A stretch of DNA of 64,000 nucleotides. Origin: Lingula anatina (taxonomy: Eukaryota; Animalia; Brachiopoda). The stretch is taken from positions 11,036,001-11,100,000 of the forward strand of contig CM120645.1 of assembly GCA_051362555.1 (NCBI GenBank). Reading direction: 5' to 3'. Within the stretch, counting starts at the first letter, position 1. Every line of letters begins with the position of its first letter. The position numbers were made by a program, and so were the translations under genes. The notes below the pieces were generated by a model. That model was not told the origin of the DNA. It made no database searches and saw only the letters and a list, made by a program, of their open reading frames with translations. Shown piece after piece: positions 39,501 to 53,500 of this stretch.

Positions 39501-42500
39501 AAATTACTGGAAACTTGTTCACTAGAATGGTAATGTGAATACTTAACTATGAACTGAAGGCAGACTCTGGACATGTCAATTATCATATAATCATGGTCAA
39601 ACCAATAAACAATTGGACTTATTTCTAGTGTGCACAATGATTAATTTCATTTGAAACTTGGGGCATTTTCTTAATAGTAGACAATTTTATACCACTTAGT
39701 AAAGAGGAAGTTGAAGAAGTGCAGTGAAATTTTGATGTTAAAAACACTCAATTTTCAGAAGTATAAAGGGAATAAAGATATTAGGTCCTTAATTATAAAG
39801 GCTAGAATAACCCATGGCATCTTTTAAAAGGTCATCAGTTTGGTAGGAGTTCAATGAAAAACAAATTAATCACTAATCAAACAAACTAAATAAGTCCAGG
39901 TGGAGCTCTTGAGCAGAGCCGAAAATTCGAGGGTAGGAAAAACTCGGTCTGTGAAAAGGGCCGATTTGTTTTTCAGTACGTCATGTCATCAGCAAAGAGA
40001 ACGAGGTAGGGCAATTTTAATGTTTACTACGTAACAGAAAGGTAAAAACGTCTTCTTTATCATAAAATTTACAATTCGTTAGATATAAAACTTGTTAGGC
40101 GTTATTATTGTTTACGACGTACCTGCATCGTCGCCATGTGCACCTGCTTCACCTTCATTTCTTATCGTGTCTTGAAGTTTACATGTGTCTTGTTTAGCGA
40201 GTTTGCTTGTTTTTTTTCCTTGCTTTCGTCTTTGATTTTCCACTTGAGGAGCTCATGCTCAAAGAGATTCATTTTCTGACTATCAAACTCCGTCAAACTT
40301 GAGCCCGACTAAGCGCGCAACCTGAATCTTGCATCAGCTGATCGTGGATAAATGGCTGACTGATATTCGTTCCCCGTACTACGCTCTCTGGTTCCCGTTA
40401 TTTGTGTAGGCTTGGACGATGCGTTAACTTTGTTCACGCACATTAATTTGTTTCCGTGAGCTGCGTAGGTTTGTACCTCTCTATGTTATACATGCTAGCT
40501 ACACAGCTTTATCCTTTCTATGTCAATCATTGTGTAAATGGTATAGGGAACGAGTCAGATATACCACTGTAAATGCCTCGAGACGATTTTGATTGACAAC
40601 TCTCTTGAAATTCAAAAGGAGGCCCCGTAACAATTTCTAGCTAGTCACGTGCGTGCGTCCTTAGTTTCATAGTGAGTACTTACGTCTAGCTTACTTGCGT
40701 TGTGGAAAATAGTTAAATAATTAACGGCTTGTATCAGCACAACTTGGTGCCAGGAAATGAATTTCATTATAGGTAACAGTTCTTCGGGAAAGCGACCTCT
40801 AAGCGCGGTTTCCCGAAAGGTTTTTGCATTTCCCGGACATTTTCAATGATTTACCGGACGGGAAAGTAAGATATGGCTTAGATTTCCCGAGCTCGCAATA
40901 GCTTTCCCGCGGGAAAGCGGGAAAGCAACATTTCGACCCCTGGTTTTTAGTATGTTGCCATATATCAATAATTTCTATCGACAGCCATATATTGGGCTTG
41001 TTGAAGTTAATGCTAATATACTTATATGTACAGTGCAATGTGTATTTTCTAGATAATGACTGTGAAGAAATAGAGGGGGTGTTTGGCAGTTGTAAAATGA
41101 GTGGGTGGGGGGGGGGGGGAGGTGAGGAAGACAGAGAGAGAGAGAGAGATTATAACATTTCAAGTTATCATATGAATATGCAGGTAACCATGGTATTAAG
41201 CACAGTCAGCCTTGATACAGAGCTGCTTATGTTGAGAGACAATTATGTATTTAGCAACTGCCAGTTTTTGCTGTAAGTCAATGCGAGCACCGATTTCCCC
41301 TAGAGTTAACCTTTAGTAATATGGCAGTGGATCGAGCAGACAGCCCACTCCTGCTGATCAAACACCTAATATGCTGCAGAGGTGATTCGCACATCACACG
41401 GCTATTTCAGTAGTTTCGCCAGATTTTGGAACCTTTAATGCCAATTCAGTTCACTGAGTTAGTTAAAGGGTTAGTGATGCACTGTGGTTATTTTTGTAAG
41501 GCGTGGAATTTTTTTTTCTTTTTCATGAAGGTGGGAGTGAGGATAATTTGCAGATTGCACAAGTAGTAGGCAAAAGCTATAAGTAGAAGGTGCCCATTTG
41601 AGGGCAATGTTAGTTTATTTGGTGAATGAATATATATAAGACAAAATGTATAGAAGAATAAATATATAAAATTTAGAGCAAATAGAAATTGTTTGAATGT
41701 CTTCATATTTTTTATATATATTTGAAGTATGGAGAATGTCGTAAAAATGGAACGAATGAATTTTGTATACATGTACATATTTACAGCAATCACTGTTTGT
41801 TGCTAGTCTCAAGATGTGCGTGAGCTTAGATAGCAGAATCTGAAATTTATCCATAACTGTTTCACCGTAATATGTGCCATTTAGAACAGAGCAAAGTATA
41901 GTTAATACCTGGTATTGATTTGTTTTTAGAAGCAAATTACTTGGAACCTTTACCACAACCTTTCAAGTTAAACACACAAAAGCTTTTTAGCTACTTACGT
42001 AAACTTGTATCCATTTACTATAGATAATCATCACGTACTAGTATGTAATCCGAATGTTTTGAAGAAAATTCAAGAATGTGGGTGTGTGTGTGTATGTATT
42101 GTGAATGTTCCCATATCATATGATTATAAGGATGTAAGGGGAAATCCTTTTCCCAGCACCCTGGGTGTCACGTTGCCTTGGTAACATGACTTTTCCCCCA
42201 GTACATTTGTGTCCCAGTTTTGAAAAGGGCATAGGTAAAGCTAAACTGGAGTTATTTCAGTAGAATCAGGGTGATTCCGGCCTTGCTACAAAACATCCTC
42301 TGTTCAAGTGGTGCTCTCTTGATAAGGTCTTCTGATCACGCTTCTGAACCTTGGCCTGATTTATGATTAACTGGCAATTTGTTTTATTGGTTCAACATTG
42401 GTTACCTGGATAACACCATAGGTGTAAACAAACTGCCACAGGTAGTGGGGGAAAGTAGGTCAAGATCAAGGTGAAAAAAATGTTGAAAAAGCAGTAAATT

Positions 42501-44548
42501 ATTATAATAGTGTTTTGAAAGGTTTCCCTTGTTTGAGTACTTCGTGCACTTGGCTAATTAATAAAAAAAAATTAGCTTAGAATTTGCCTCCAGTCCACGT
42601 TGCAGTTAAGACCCAATGCTAAGTTAAAACAATGATTTTCAACGTATGAATTGTTTCAGAAGAACCTCCCTTTGTTTTGTGGAAAGAAAGGTGTTGCATG
42701 TTGGAAAAAAATGAGAGATTCTTATGGTGAGCAGGAGATGTATGAGATCTTCTTTCTCGATCACAGTTTAAGAAATTTTTGGAACCTTAGAATGAATGAA
42801 ATATGACTAAATCAGATCATCGTTTTACATAGTATATATAAATTCCTGTAACTGCAGCAGTGACAAAAATGATTTGCCTGCTTCAGTATATACAGACATC
42901 ACCCATGCTGCCATATAGTGAAGCCAGTGGCTTGTATAGTAGCACAAGTATTGTTTGATTTTATGGTGGAGATGTGTGGTTTTGATAATGTCAGTGATGA
43001 GCTGGTAATTGAGGATTAGCCTCTAATAGGTACCACAGGTATGTCTGCATGGAGAGAGGGAGATGGGGGAGGTAGAGCTTTAAGTGAGGAATGTGCAGAT
43101 ACAGGGGTCATTGACTTGAATCTCAGAAGAACTTCTAGACTGAAAATTGGTCTAAAAGTTTAGCCTACAATTTTAGTTGGCTCTGACTCTAGATAAAGCA
43201 ATTACTCTAAGCAAGAAGTACGACCAAAAAACTACTTAAAGATATCTTGAAGTAGGCAATGCTAGTCCAACAAGTGTATTCTTCCTCACTCCTGCATACT
43301 CACATGTATACACACACACATGCACATCAAGACACATGCTGACAGACAGACACACAAGCATACGTACACACATTCACACACACATACACATTGGCACATG
43401 CTGACACCTGCCTACATGCGTCACGATCATATGCAGTATTAATTGTACAATTCCTACGATATTATTAAACACAATCTGTATAATTACGCAGTGCTATCTA
43501 TTATACATGCTGAAGATATAACGCACCAGGTGGTGAGAGCTGTTAATAATATATATAATAATCATAAGTAAAATCTGTTATACAGTTAACACAGGTAATT
43601 GCAGTAGAAACCAATGTACCAGTCTGCAGTGGTAAAGCTGCTTTCCCTCTCTATGTAACTGGTCTAGGAAATGGGATGTGTATTTATGTTTTGCTGATTT
43701 AGCTGATAGCCTTGGAGATGTGGTGCTATCATTAATTACTCGTTAATCGTATTTTCTGTGATCACACAGACAAGAGAGAAAAAAATGGGGGGGGGGGGGG
43801 GGGTCAGTATTTCACCAAGGACAGGTCTGTAAGAAGTTAAAGATTAAGAAACATTAAACTGGATGTTTAGAAAGTAATGGAATCCAACAGTTTGAAGAAT
43901 TTAGGTATATTATGGTAAGGTCATGTAAAAAAAAAAAGATAAATAAATATATACATTTAAAAAAATAAAATAAAATGATGAACTTAGAAAACAATCCCTC
44001 CTTTCTCGACTCTATTGACACACTGAATATGGTAGTGGATTTGATATTCCTGAGAACCCCAAGATAGCGTCTTTATCTCCTTCTTAGTTAATTTAAACAT
44101 GAGAACATGTTATTGCTGTAATCCAGCTAGCTGTCAGAATTAGACACGATTATTGGTGAGTACATGCCTGTTGGCAGGTGTTACGAGAGCTATCTTCTGA
44201 CTGGGGAGTCCATGCAGTATTGCTGGGCAAACAGCATGTAATATTATACTCAGTACAGCTTCATATTGAAAATATGTACTGCTGTCTGTTGATTTTTTTT
44301 CTTTAATTCGTAGAGAATTTTTCATTGAAATTAACAGAATGGCAATGGAATTAGTTTCATGTTAGAAAAATGGTGTTAGTGGGGCATCTTTAGCAAGGAA
44401 TTTTAATTTTAAAATGTTTGCCTTTCCTGTTGCATAATCAAATTTGTAGCAAATAATAGTGAGTGCCATTTTTCTGATGTTGCCATGTGATTGAGCCTTA
44501 ACAACTGTAAAGTATATATTACTTGGATATGCTTGCATGAGTGCATGT

Positions 44549-44586
<38 letters not shown>

Positions 44587-47500
44587 ACGTACAGCATTAA
44601 TTACCTATTATAGAAGCTGTCCTTAGTTTATAAATTAGGCTAAAAACTGACTTTTGACAACCATGAAGTCTATATATGACATTCCCACTGAAGACAAATG
44701 TGTATTTTCAGAATGTTTTCAGCAGAATAAACCAGACAAGTATAATTTGATTTTGTTTATAATCTCATTTCTCCTTTCAGATTTTCCTCAGAGAACTGAT
44801 TTCCAATGCGTCTGATGCCCTGGACAAGATCCGCTTCCTCTCACTTACCGATAAAGATGCCCTGGGTTCAAACGAGGAGCTCACCATCAAAATCAAGGTA
44901 TTTTTAGGTTTTTAATTTAATATATATGGTTGCTGGTTTAAGATAGGAAAAAATTAATAAGCTAAGTATATTTGTTGCATGGTATAGTCATAAGGGTAAA
45001 CATAATTCAAAATATTTAATTATATTTACAGTTTTTATTAATTTAAAGGTTATATGACAGGCTACCACTCTAACGTGGCCAGCTGATGAAAATTATTAAA
45101 CATTCTGAAAAAATAAAATTATTTGCTACTCACTGCTGTCTGTTACATAAGGCCTTCACTGAGCATTGTTTATCCTCTCATGTTGAAAGTGTTTTTGATT
45201 TCTTCATGTGATGCATAGTTATTGATATATTGTAAGTAAATTGTGATGTCTAAAAATACACTCATTTGTATAAATAGGTCTATTGGTCACGGATGAGACC
45301 CAGAACTATAAACTATGATATGAAAATGGTAGTGGGTGGGGTTTGGTAAATAATTGTTTTGCAATACTAGTATTTTTTTTTCAAAGAAATTTGTTTGATA
45401 GGCTTAGTCATCAGATAAGTATTTTATTTTTGACACAGGTACACCCTTAGTGTAACAATGACTTTGGCTTAAGTAGTTCACACCAAAGATGATGACAGTT
45501 CAAGTGAACCATGATGTAATATCTCAAGGAAGTAAACCTGGATAGCAGTACAGTTAAATGAAGTGGTGTGATTGTTTAATAAATAAATGTAATCGTATTT
45601 TACTTAGTGGACTGCTATGGATTTTATTGAGTTGATGTCTTAGTTCTAGAAATTAAGATTAATTTTCTGGATTGTATTTTTTTGGCAACTGTCCCTCAGT
45701 GAAGTCATAGGTTTGGTGATGTCATTTATCCCATGTGATATCATCAGGACAGGTGGTAAGAAAAGCTTGTTGTCATATATGGCTTGATGAAGAAAATAAT
45801 TACATATTTGATTTTAAATTTTCTTGGAAAACTGTTCAATAAAACTTACTTTTTATCTCCAGGCTGACAAGGACAATCACGTGATCCATGTTACTGATAC
45901 TGGCATTGGCATGACACGCGAAGAACTTACGAAAAACCTTGGTACCATTGCCAAATCTGGCACCAGTGAATTCTTGAACAAATTGGGAGAATCCACAGGA
46001 GAACAAGCCAGCGATCTCATTGGACAGTTTGGTGTTGGTTTTTACTCTTCTTTCTTGGGTGAGTGGTTTTCACATGTTTGGGAACCTTTATATTCTCATA
46101 GAATTTTTGAAAGAGCATGTGTGGAATTTAATTTGACTGTCTAGGGAGTTGATAATGAAGGATACTATGGATAGGACAAGGACAGCCATTACATAACTGA
46201 CTTGCTTTTGTGCTTTGTGGTAGTGAAGTAGTATGAAATTTTGTCTGTAGTTTCTTTATATGACAGTTGTTATTTTCCCCCACTGAAATTTGATGTTCTA
46301 AAAATAATGACATTTAAAATAAAATTTTTCCCCTGCAGTTGCTGATCGTGTTGTGGTCACTTCAAAGAGCAACAATGACGAGCAGTACATCTGGGAGTCA
46401 GATGCCAATTCTTTCTCCGTCACCAAGGACCCCAGGGGTAACACCCTAGGAAGAGGAACCACCATTAGGTAACCATGGCAACAACAGTAGTGGAAATCGG
46501 TTTCATTTTGGTGAAAATTTCACTATTCATTCTAGTTTATATTATAAAATGTTCTAGAAGCATGGATTTCATTGGAGGTAGGGTGGTGGGTGTCTTTCTC
46601 AATGACATCTCAATTTTTATTATTTTCACATTTTTTTCTCAGTCAAATAATTTCCTTGTTTCTTCCAGTCTGTTCTTGAAGGAGGAGGCTCATGATTACC
46701 TGAATGAAGGCACCATTAAAGACTTGGTCAAGAAATACAGTCAGTTCATCAACTTCCCCATCTACCTGTGGACTAGCAAGGTAATAGCACATACACACGC
46801 ACTTATGCTTCTGTGTACATATTAATACATGTACAGGTATATGTGTATACAAGTCTACTAGTGACCTTTGATTCAGATATTTACTGTACATCCAGCATTA
46901 GCTGTGAGATTAGGAACTTGACTTGGAAAACTTTTGCTTATTTCCAGTAAGACATTAATTTCAAATATCAGATATCAAAGGTGAATTGGATAATTCTCGT
47001 AACATGCTCTCAGACATTACTAGCTGTTTTACATGTTGTTGCTGCCAGTCCGGCATGTAGTACATGCCAGTGACGTTACTGCTGTTGTAGCATATATAGG
47101 AATGTAGGAATAAACCTGTCAAATTATGAACCTGTTATTGAAGCTGCCTAGATGCATTCTATGGAGGGAATAATGCTAAGGTCATATATGGTCATAAAGA
47201 GGTCCCTGGAGGTCACTGAACACTGGAGACAATGTCAAGTGCTATTTTCAGTGAACTGAAAATGTCAGATGGCACATTTAGTTTGTAATTTTTTAGCTAT
47301 AATTTTAACATTGTGATCATATTTGTTCAAGACGGAGATGGTGGACGAGCCAATTGAGGAGGAGGAAGAGAAGAAGGATGAGGCAGCCGAGGAGAAGAAA
47401 GATGAGGATGAAGATGAGGAGGAAGAAGGAAAGGTAGGGGTCACCTGAGGTCAATAAGAGGTCACCTGAGGTCAATTAGATTATTTGAATGAGCATGGCT

Positions 47501-50500
47501 GGTCCAAGGACAAGGACACGTTTTTGTCTTCAACTTAAGAAAGCCTTCTCTGTCTCTTTGATGAAAAAATCATTGTTCAGAATTGTGCAGACTGGCATAC
47601 TGTTATCTAAACAAGTGACACATTAAATTTTGATACTAAATATTGATTTATGTTTTATGTTGATTTATTTTTTATTTTTCTGTATTTTCAGGTTGAGGAA
47701 GAGAAGGAGGAAGACAAGCCAAAGACCAAAAAAGTGGAGAAAACAACTTGGGACTGGGAACTCCTTAACAGTAGCAAACCTATTTGGACTAGAAAGTAAG
47801 GCTTTGCTGTTGGGCATGGAAAAAGAGCACACAATTGTGCACACATACACTCACATGCACATTTGCTACTTGCACACACACGTAATGAAGCAGGTATTGG
47901 TTTCTTATTCACCAATGATGACATATCTTGATGTAACTAATATGGAAGTGTTGATTAGTCTTACTGAGGTGGTTTTTCTATAAACATTTTTATTGGAATA
48001 GTTCTGAATAATGTTATTCCACTTATTATTAACAAAAGTTTGTGTCAAACTGAACATTTTTACTTAATAATTGGTCGCTCTAGATTCCGGATTATAATGA
48101 ATAATTCAGCTCAATATGTAAAAAAAAAAAATGAGAAGATGAGTCATTGGAATCCCATATTTTCAGACCTGCAGACATTGCATCTGATGAGTATGATGAC
48201 TTCTACAAGGCTATAAGCAGAGAGAGTGATGCCCCTCTGGCTCACACCCACTTCACAGCCGAGGGTGAGGTGACCTTCAAGTCCATCCTCTTCATCCCCA
48301 AGACCTCCCCACCAGATACCTTCCAGAGTTACGGGAAGAAGGTCGATAATATCAAGGTACGATTTTTCAGCTGCTGTTGTAGATTTTTTTTCCTCTCTTA
48401 GCAGTATTTTCAAATTATTTCATATTTTATAGCTGTTGAAGACAATCTTTTTACAGTTCAGTCATTCAAAGATATGTTCACATTCAAAAACCTCTCTCTT
48501 AATATTTGAAGAATTTTTAGATGAAGGTTTATTCTAGCATATGCTTGTTTTGGGTTAACACTTTTTTGGTGTATTTTTAATTTTTTGCATTTTGTGAATG
48601 AATTTACTGTAATTTTTATATTGTCCGTTTTACTCCAGATGTATGTTCGACGTGTTTTCATCACAGATAATTTTGAAGACATGATGCCAAAGTATCTGTC
48701 CTTCATTCGCGGTGTCGTAGATTCTGACGATCTGCCCCTGAACGTGTCACGTGAAACCCTGCAGCAGCACAAATTGCTCAAGGTTATAAAGAAGAAACTT
48801 GTGCGTAAAACGCTGGACATGATCAAGAAGATTGGAAAGGAGGATTTTGATAAATTCTGGAAAGAGTTCAGCACAAAGTATGTTGAATTTATTTTTTAAA
48901 ATCTGTAGCTATTAAGTGCTTTTTATGTACAGACACAGATGTGTCTGTACATATAGCCGTCATCTGCGTCTGTCGTCGCCGTCGTCGCCGTCGCTGTGCA
49001 CTTTTACCGATAACACGATAAGTGGAAAACTGTTTTTTCTTTTTGTTTGAAACTTACAGAACTGATGAATATTCATAATACGCAGGTCGAGTTCAAAAAT
49101 CAGCATGATCGGGTCACTTATAGGGAATTTATGCTGTTTTTTCACTTTTTTCAGCATATATGCAGCACCGATAACACGATAAGTGGAAAACCATTTTACC
49201 TTTTGGCTTGAAACTTACAGAACTGATGAATATACATAATACGCAGGTCAAGTTAGAAAATCAGCATGATTGGGTCATTTTTAGTGAATTTAGGCTATTT
49301 TTTCTCTTTTTTCAGCATATATGCAGCACCGATAACACGATAAGTGGAAAACCATTTTACCTTTTGGCTTGAAACTTACAGAACTGATGAATATTCATAA
49401 TACGCAGGTCAAGTTCGAAAATCAGCATGATCGGGTCACTTATAGGGAATTTATGCTGTTTTTTCACTTTTTTCAGTATATATATGCAACACTGATAACA
49501 CAATATAAGAAAAACAGATTGGCCAATTGTCATTATACTCACAGGAGGGGCCAATCTTACTAAAACACAGGTTGAGTTTGAAAATCAACATAATCAGTCC
49601 ATTATTTTAGAAGTTATGCTGTTTTTTCACATTTCCTCACATTCAATTCTTAGGCATGTTAACAGTCTCATTATTGAACTAATAAGATACGTAAAAGTGT
49701 TTGTTTGACATTTCCTACATCTTTACAACATTGTTAGTTGATTTTGTAAAAATGATGGTAAACTTGTTATCATGTATTGTGTAATAAAGTGTCAAAAATG
49801 GAAATAAACTCATATCATTACAGTTGGTCAGATGCATTCATCCACTATGTTCAGAATCTCAGAATGGAGGAAGTTGGACATTTAACACTGTTCTATTGAT
49901 ACTTTTCCCATCTCATCAATTTTCTTCATTGGTCATATAAAAATGGCAGTAAACTGTTTATTTTGTTTTATGTTAAAAAAGTGTTAAAAATGGAAATAAA
50001 CCCATTTCAGAACAGTGCTGTCTTGTTTACATTTTGGCATTTTCAATATGTGACTTTGAAGTTCCATGGGCCTGAAGACTTTTGCTAGTTACATTTTCTG
50101 AATAACCATGATACTAATATTTTATAATTAAAAATTGATGGTCATTATGCTGTAAAACATTATGTAATATTGCATCAAAATTTGAAGAAACCCCTATTTT
50201 GGGCACTGCTCCCATGATGACCATTTAAGGAAAATCATGTCACTTACTGTTCTCAAACTTACAGGAAAGAAACATGGGACTAAAATACAGCTTCAGTAGG
50301 CAATGCAGTCTGTTTGGTAAATTTTTCTGCCAATTAAACAGTTTTTTGTGAAAATTTAATTTTTCACATATTGGCATTTCCAAGGTGTGACTTCGAACCT
50401 CCATGGGCTTGAAGACCCATGCTAGTCACATTTTGTGAAAATCCATGACACTTATATTTTATTATTAAAAATCGATGATCATTATGCTGTTAAGCATTAT

Positions 50501-53500
50501 GTAATGTTGCATCAAAATAGAAGAAAACACAAATTTTGGTGCTGCTGCCTTGATGACCATTATGGGAAAACCGTGTTACTTATGACTGTCAAACTTTCAA
50601 AAAAGAAACACAGGACTAAAATGCAGCCTGAGTTAGAAAAGCAGTCTAATTGGCTTCTTTTTCTGGAAATTATACATTTTAGTGTAATATTCATTATCTT
50701 TTTGGCATATTCATTGTGGGACTCGGAGCTCCCATGGACATGAAGCCAAATGATAATCCTATTTTCTACATGTCCATCCTATTTATAGTCAATAAACAAA
50801 AATTGGTGATAATTATTCTCTAATTTATTATGTAATGTTACATCAAAATTGACAACAATCTTTTTGCACTGCTACTGCAAACATTATGAAAAGAAAACTG
50901 TGCTACTTATTATGATTTTAAACTTACAAGTACGATTTTTAGGATTGGCCTTCAGCTCATGAGAAAACCAGATCTATTGGATTATCATGTTTATTGTATT
51001 TATGCATTTTTTTGTGAAATTTTCATTTTTCTCATTCTGGCACTTTCTAAGTATAAACTTGAACTCTGATGGGCCTGGAGCCTTATGCTTTTACTTTCGT
51101 CTGTGTTACCTGTTGTGCATAAGTTGATGTTGACTGTGCAGTTAACCATAATGTATTATTGCATCAGGATTGGTAGTCTCCTATTTTGGGCATTATGGTT
51201 TTGTGCTTTTCTTAAGGTGTGACTTATGGGCCTGAAGACCTTTGAGTGGGTCAGACTGTAAATTACCCTTGGGTATCAGTAGATCAATTTCAGAGTTATA
51301 AAGTCATTTGCTTTAATAGGCCATTAAATGAGATTACGTAAAGCACACTTATTGATATTTCCCTGTAAACTCCCAAAGGTAAAGCCCTCTGCTAGATTAA
51401 TAATAAGGAAGCAGTGATAATTATGCAGGTAAATTTTGTTTAATATTGCAAATAAGTTATATATATATATATATATATATCAAACTGGAAGATTAAAAGT
51501 TTGAATAGCATCTTCATTGGAATTATATTTACCTCAAGCTCTGCCAAGGGGGTTATATTTTCACCCCTGTTTGTCTGTCATCCACATAACACAAAAAGTT
51601 ATGGACCGATTTTGCAGAAATTTTCAGGAACTGTCGGAAGTGGGCCAAAGAGAACAATGATTAATTTTTGGTGGTGGTCCGGATCAATAATCAATCAATT
51701 ATCAATAATAATCAACAATTGCTGCCTTGGCAGAGGTCTGCACTCTCAAGGTGCTTTTCTAGTTTTGTTGTTTTCCTTTATAATTTTTTCTCAAACACTT
51801 GCATTTGTGACTTTTAACTCTCATCTGCCTGGGGCTCTGCACATTTTCTGTATTTCTACATAAGCAGTTGTATTGTTTTTTATGTCTTTAAACATTATGT
51901 AATATTATTTTATGCACTGTCATCATTTTTCAAATATTGAGACTTTCATAATGTGAATTTGAACTCTCATGGTCCTGAAACTGTAATCTTATTGAAGGGG
52001 TGGATTGAGACCATCTTCTGGGTCTTCCGGAAGGCAGTCAGGTTATTAAGTTTATATTGACTGGTATCTATTTTTTCTGTTGGAAGACCATCAAAATGGA
52101 GGATGGATCAACATAGATACTTTGTAATACTGTCAGAAAATATCTCTGGGTCTGCTCCTGTTATTGACCATGTTACCTGTTGTGCAAGATTAAAATTCAG
52201 TGTTGACTGAGAGTGCTATTATAAGCATTATTTATTATTGCATCAAAATTGACAAAATGACCTTTTTTGCATCTTTATTTTCTGTTTTTTGTCTGTACAT
52301 TTGACAGCTTTGCTGCCTTGTTTGATACTGTTTTTCTGATGAAGTAAAGCCTTTTTGAATTCAACCATACAGATAGTGAATGTAATAAAAATAGGAAACA
52401 GGCCAACTTTTTACAATTAGTTTTGAGAATTCTTAATTTGACAATAATTCCCTCCAAAGAGAATAAAAATAATACAGTGTTAGACTGCAATTTTGTAAAA
52501 GAAAAATGTGTATACATTTCTGAAACTTAGTCAACATGATCTGCACTAAATGTGTAAATGTTTGTGACTTCAGCATCAAACTCGGTGTTATTGAGGACCA
52601 CTCTAACAGAACTCGTCTGGCCAAACTGCTCAAGTTCCAGTCCTCCAACTCTGAAACTGAAATGACGACTCTTGCCGAGTACACAGAGAGAATGAAAGAG
52701 AAACAAGAGGCCATTTTCTTTGTGGCTAGCACAAGTAGAGAAGAGGTGAGTGTCTAAAAGAAAAATAAATTTCATTGTGGTTTGTTTGTTAGTGCTGAAT
52801 CATGACCTAGGAGCCCTGGAATGAATTTTGTTGGCTATGTGGACCTTTAGGGAGCCATCTTGGAAAAACAAACAAACAAACAAACAAAAAAACGTTAATT
52901 GATTATGGGTGATGTGACATTGGTACTGATGAGAGGAAACTGTCAGCCTTTTTAAAGGTCTCTTAAAAGACCTGTTTAGATGAGTGGTGATAAATGACTG
53001 ATTTGTTTGCTTAATCAAGATCTAATAGTAAATGGAATAATATAGTAATTTTAGGACAGGTTTAAAGACCTAGCAAATTTCACAAGAATATCATTCAAAA
53101 TGTTTTTTGCTTTTCAAAAAATTAGTTTTATTGCTATTTTTTAGGCTGAGAAGTCTCCATTTGTGGAACGTCTCTTGAAGAAAGGTTATGAGGTCCTCTT
53201 CCTCGTGGAACCCATCGACGAGTACTGCATACAGTCTCTGCCAGAGTTTGACGGCAAAAAGTTCCAGAATGTCGCCAAAGAAGGCTTGAAGCTGGAGGAG
53301 TCTGAGAAGGCCAAAGAGAGAAAGGAAGCCCTGGAGAAAGAATTTGAACCCCTAACAAAATGGCTGAAAGAGAAGGCTTTGGCTGATAAAGTAAGTAGTT
53401 AGGTTTAAGTTTCATTACTATATTGTCATCTTTTGTGCTTGCAGTCTAGTATATATAATCCTAATTATAATTTAGCATTTTGTTTTACATATTTCCTTTT

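Noticed and set aside
52927-53001. CTGATGA...GAAA (hammerhead core) or C/D-box snoRNA candidate in an HSP90B1 intron
   Set aside because: Only 3 nt separate CTGATGA and GAAA, so there is no stem II. The C box is non-canonical and there is no terminal stem or recognisable rRNA guide.
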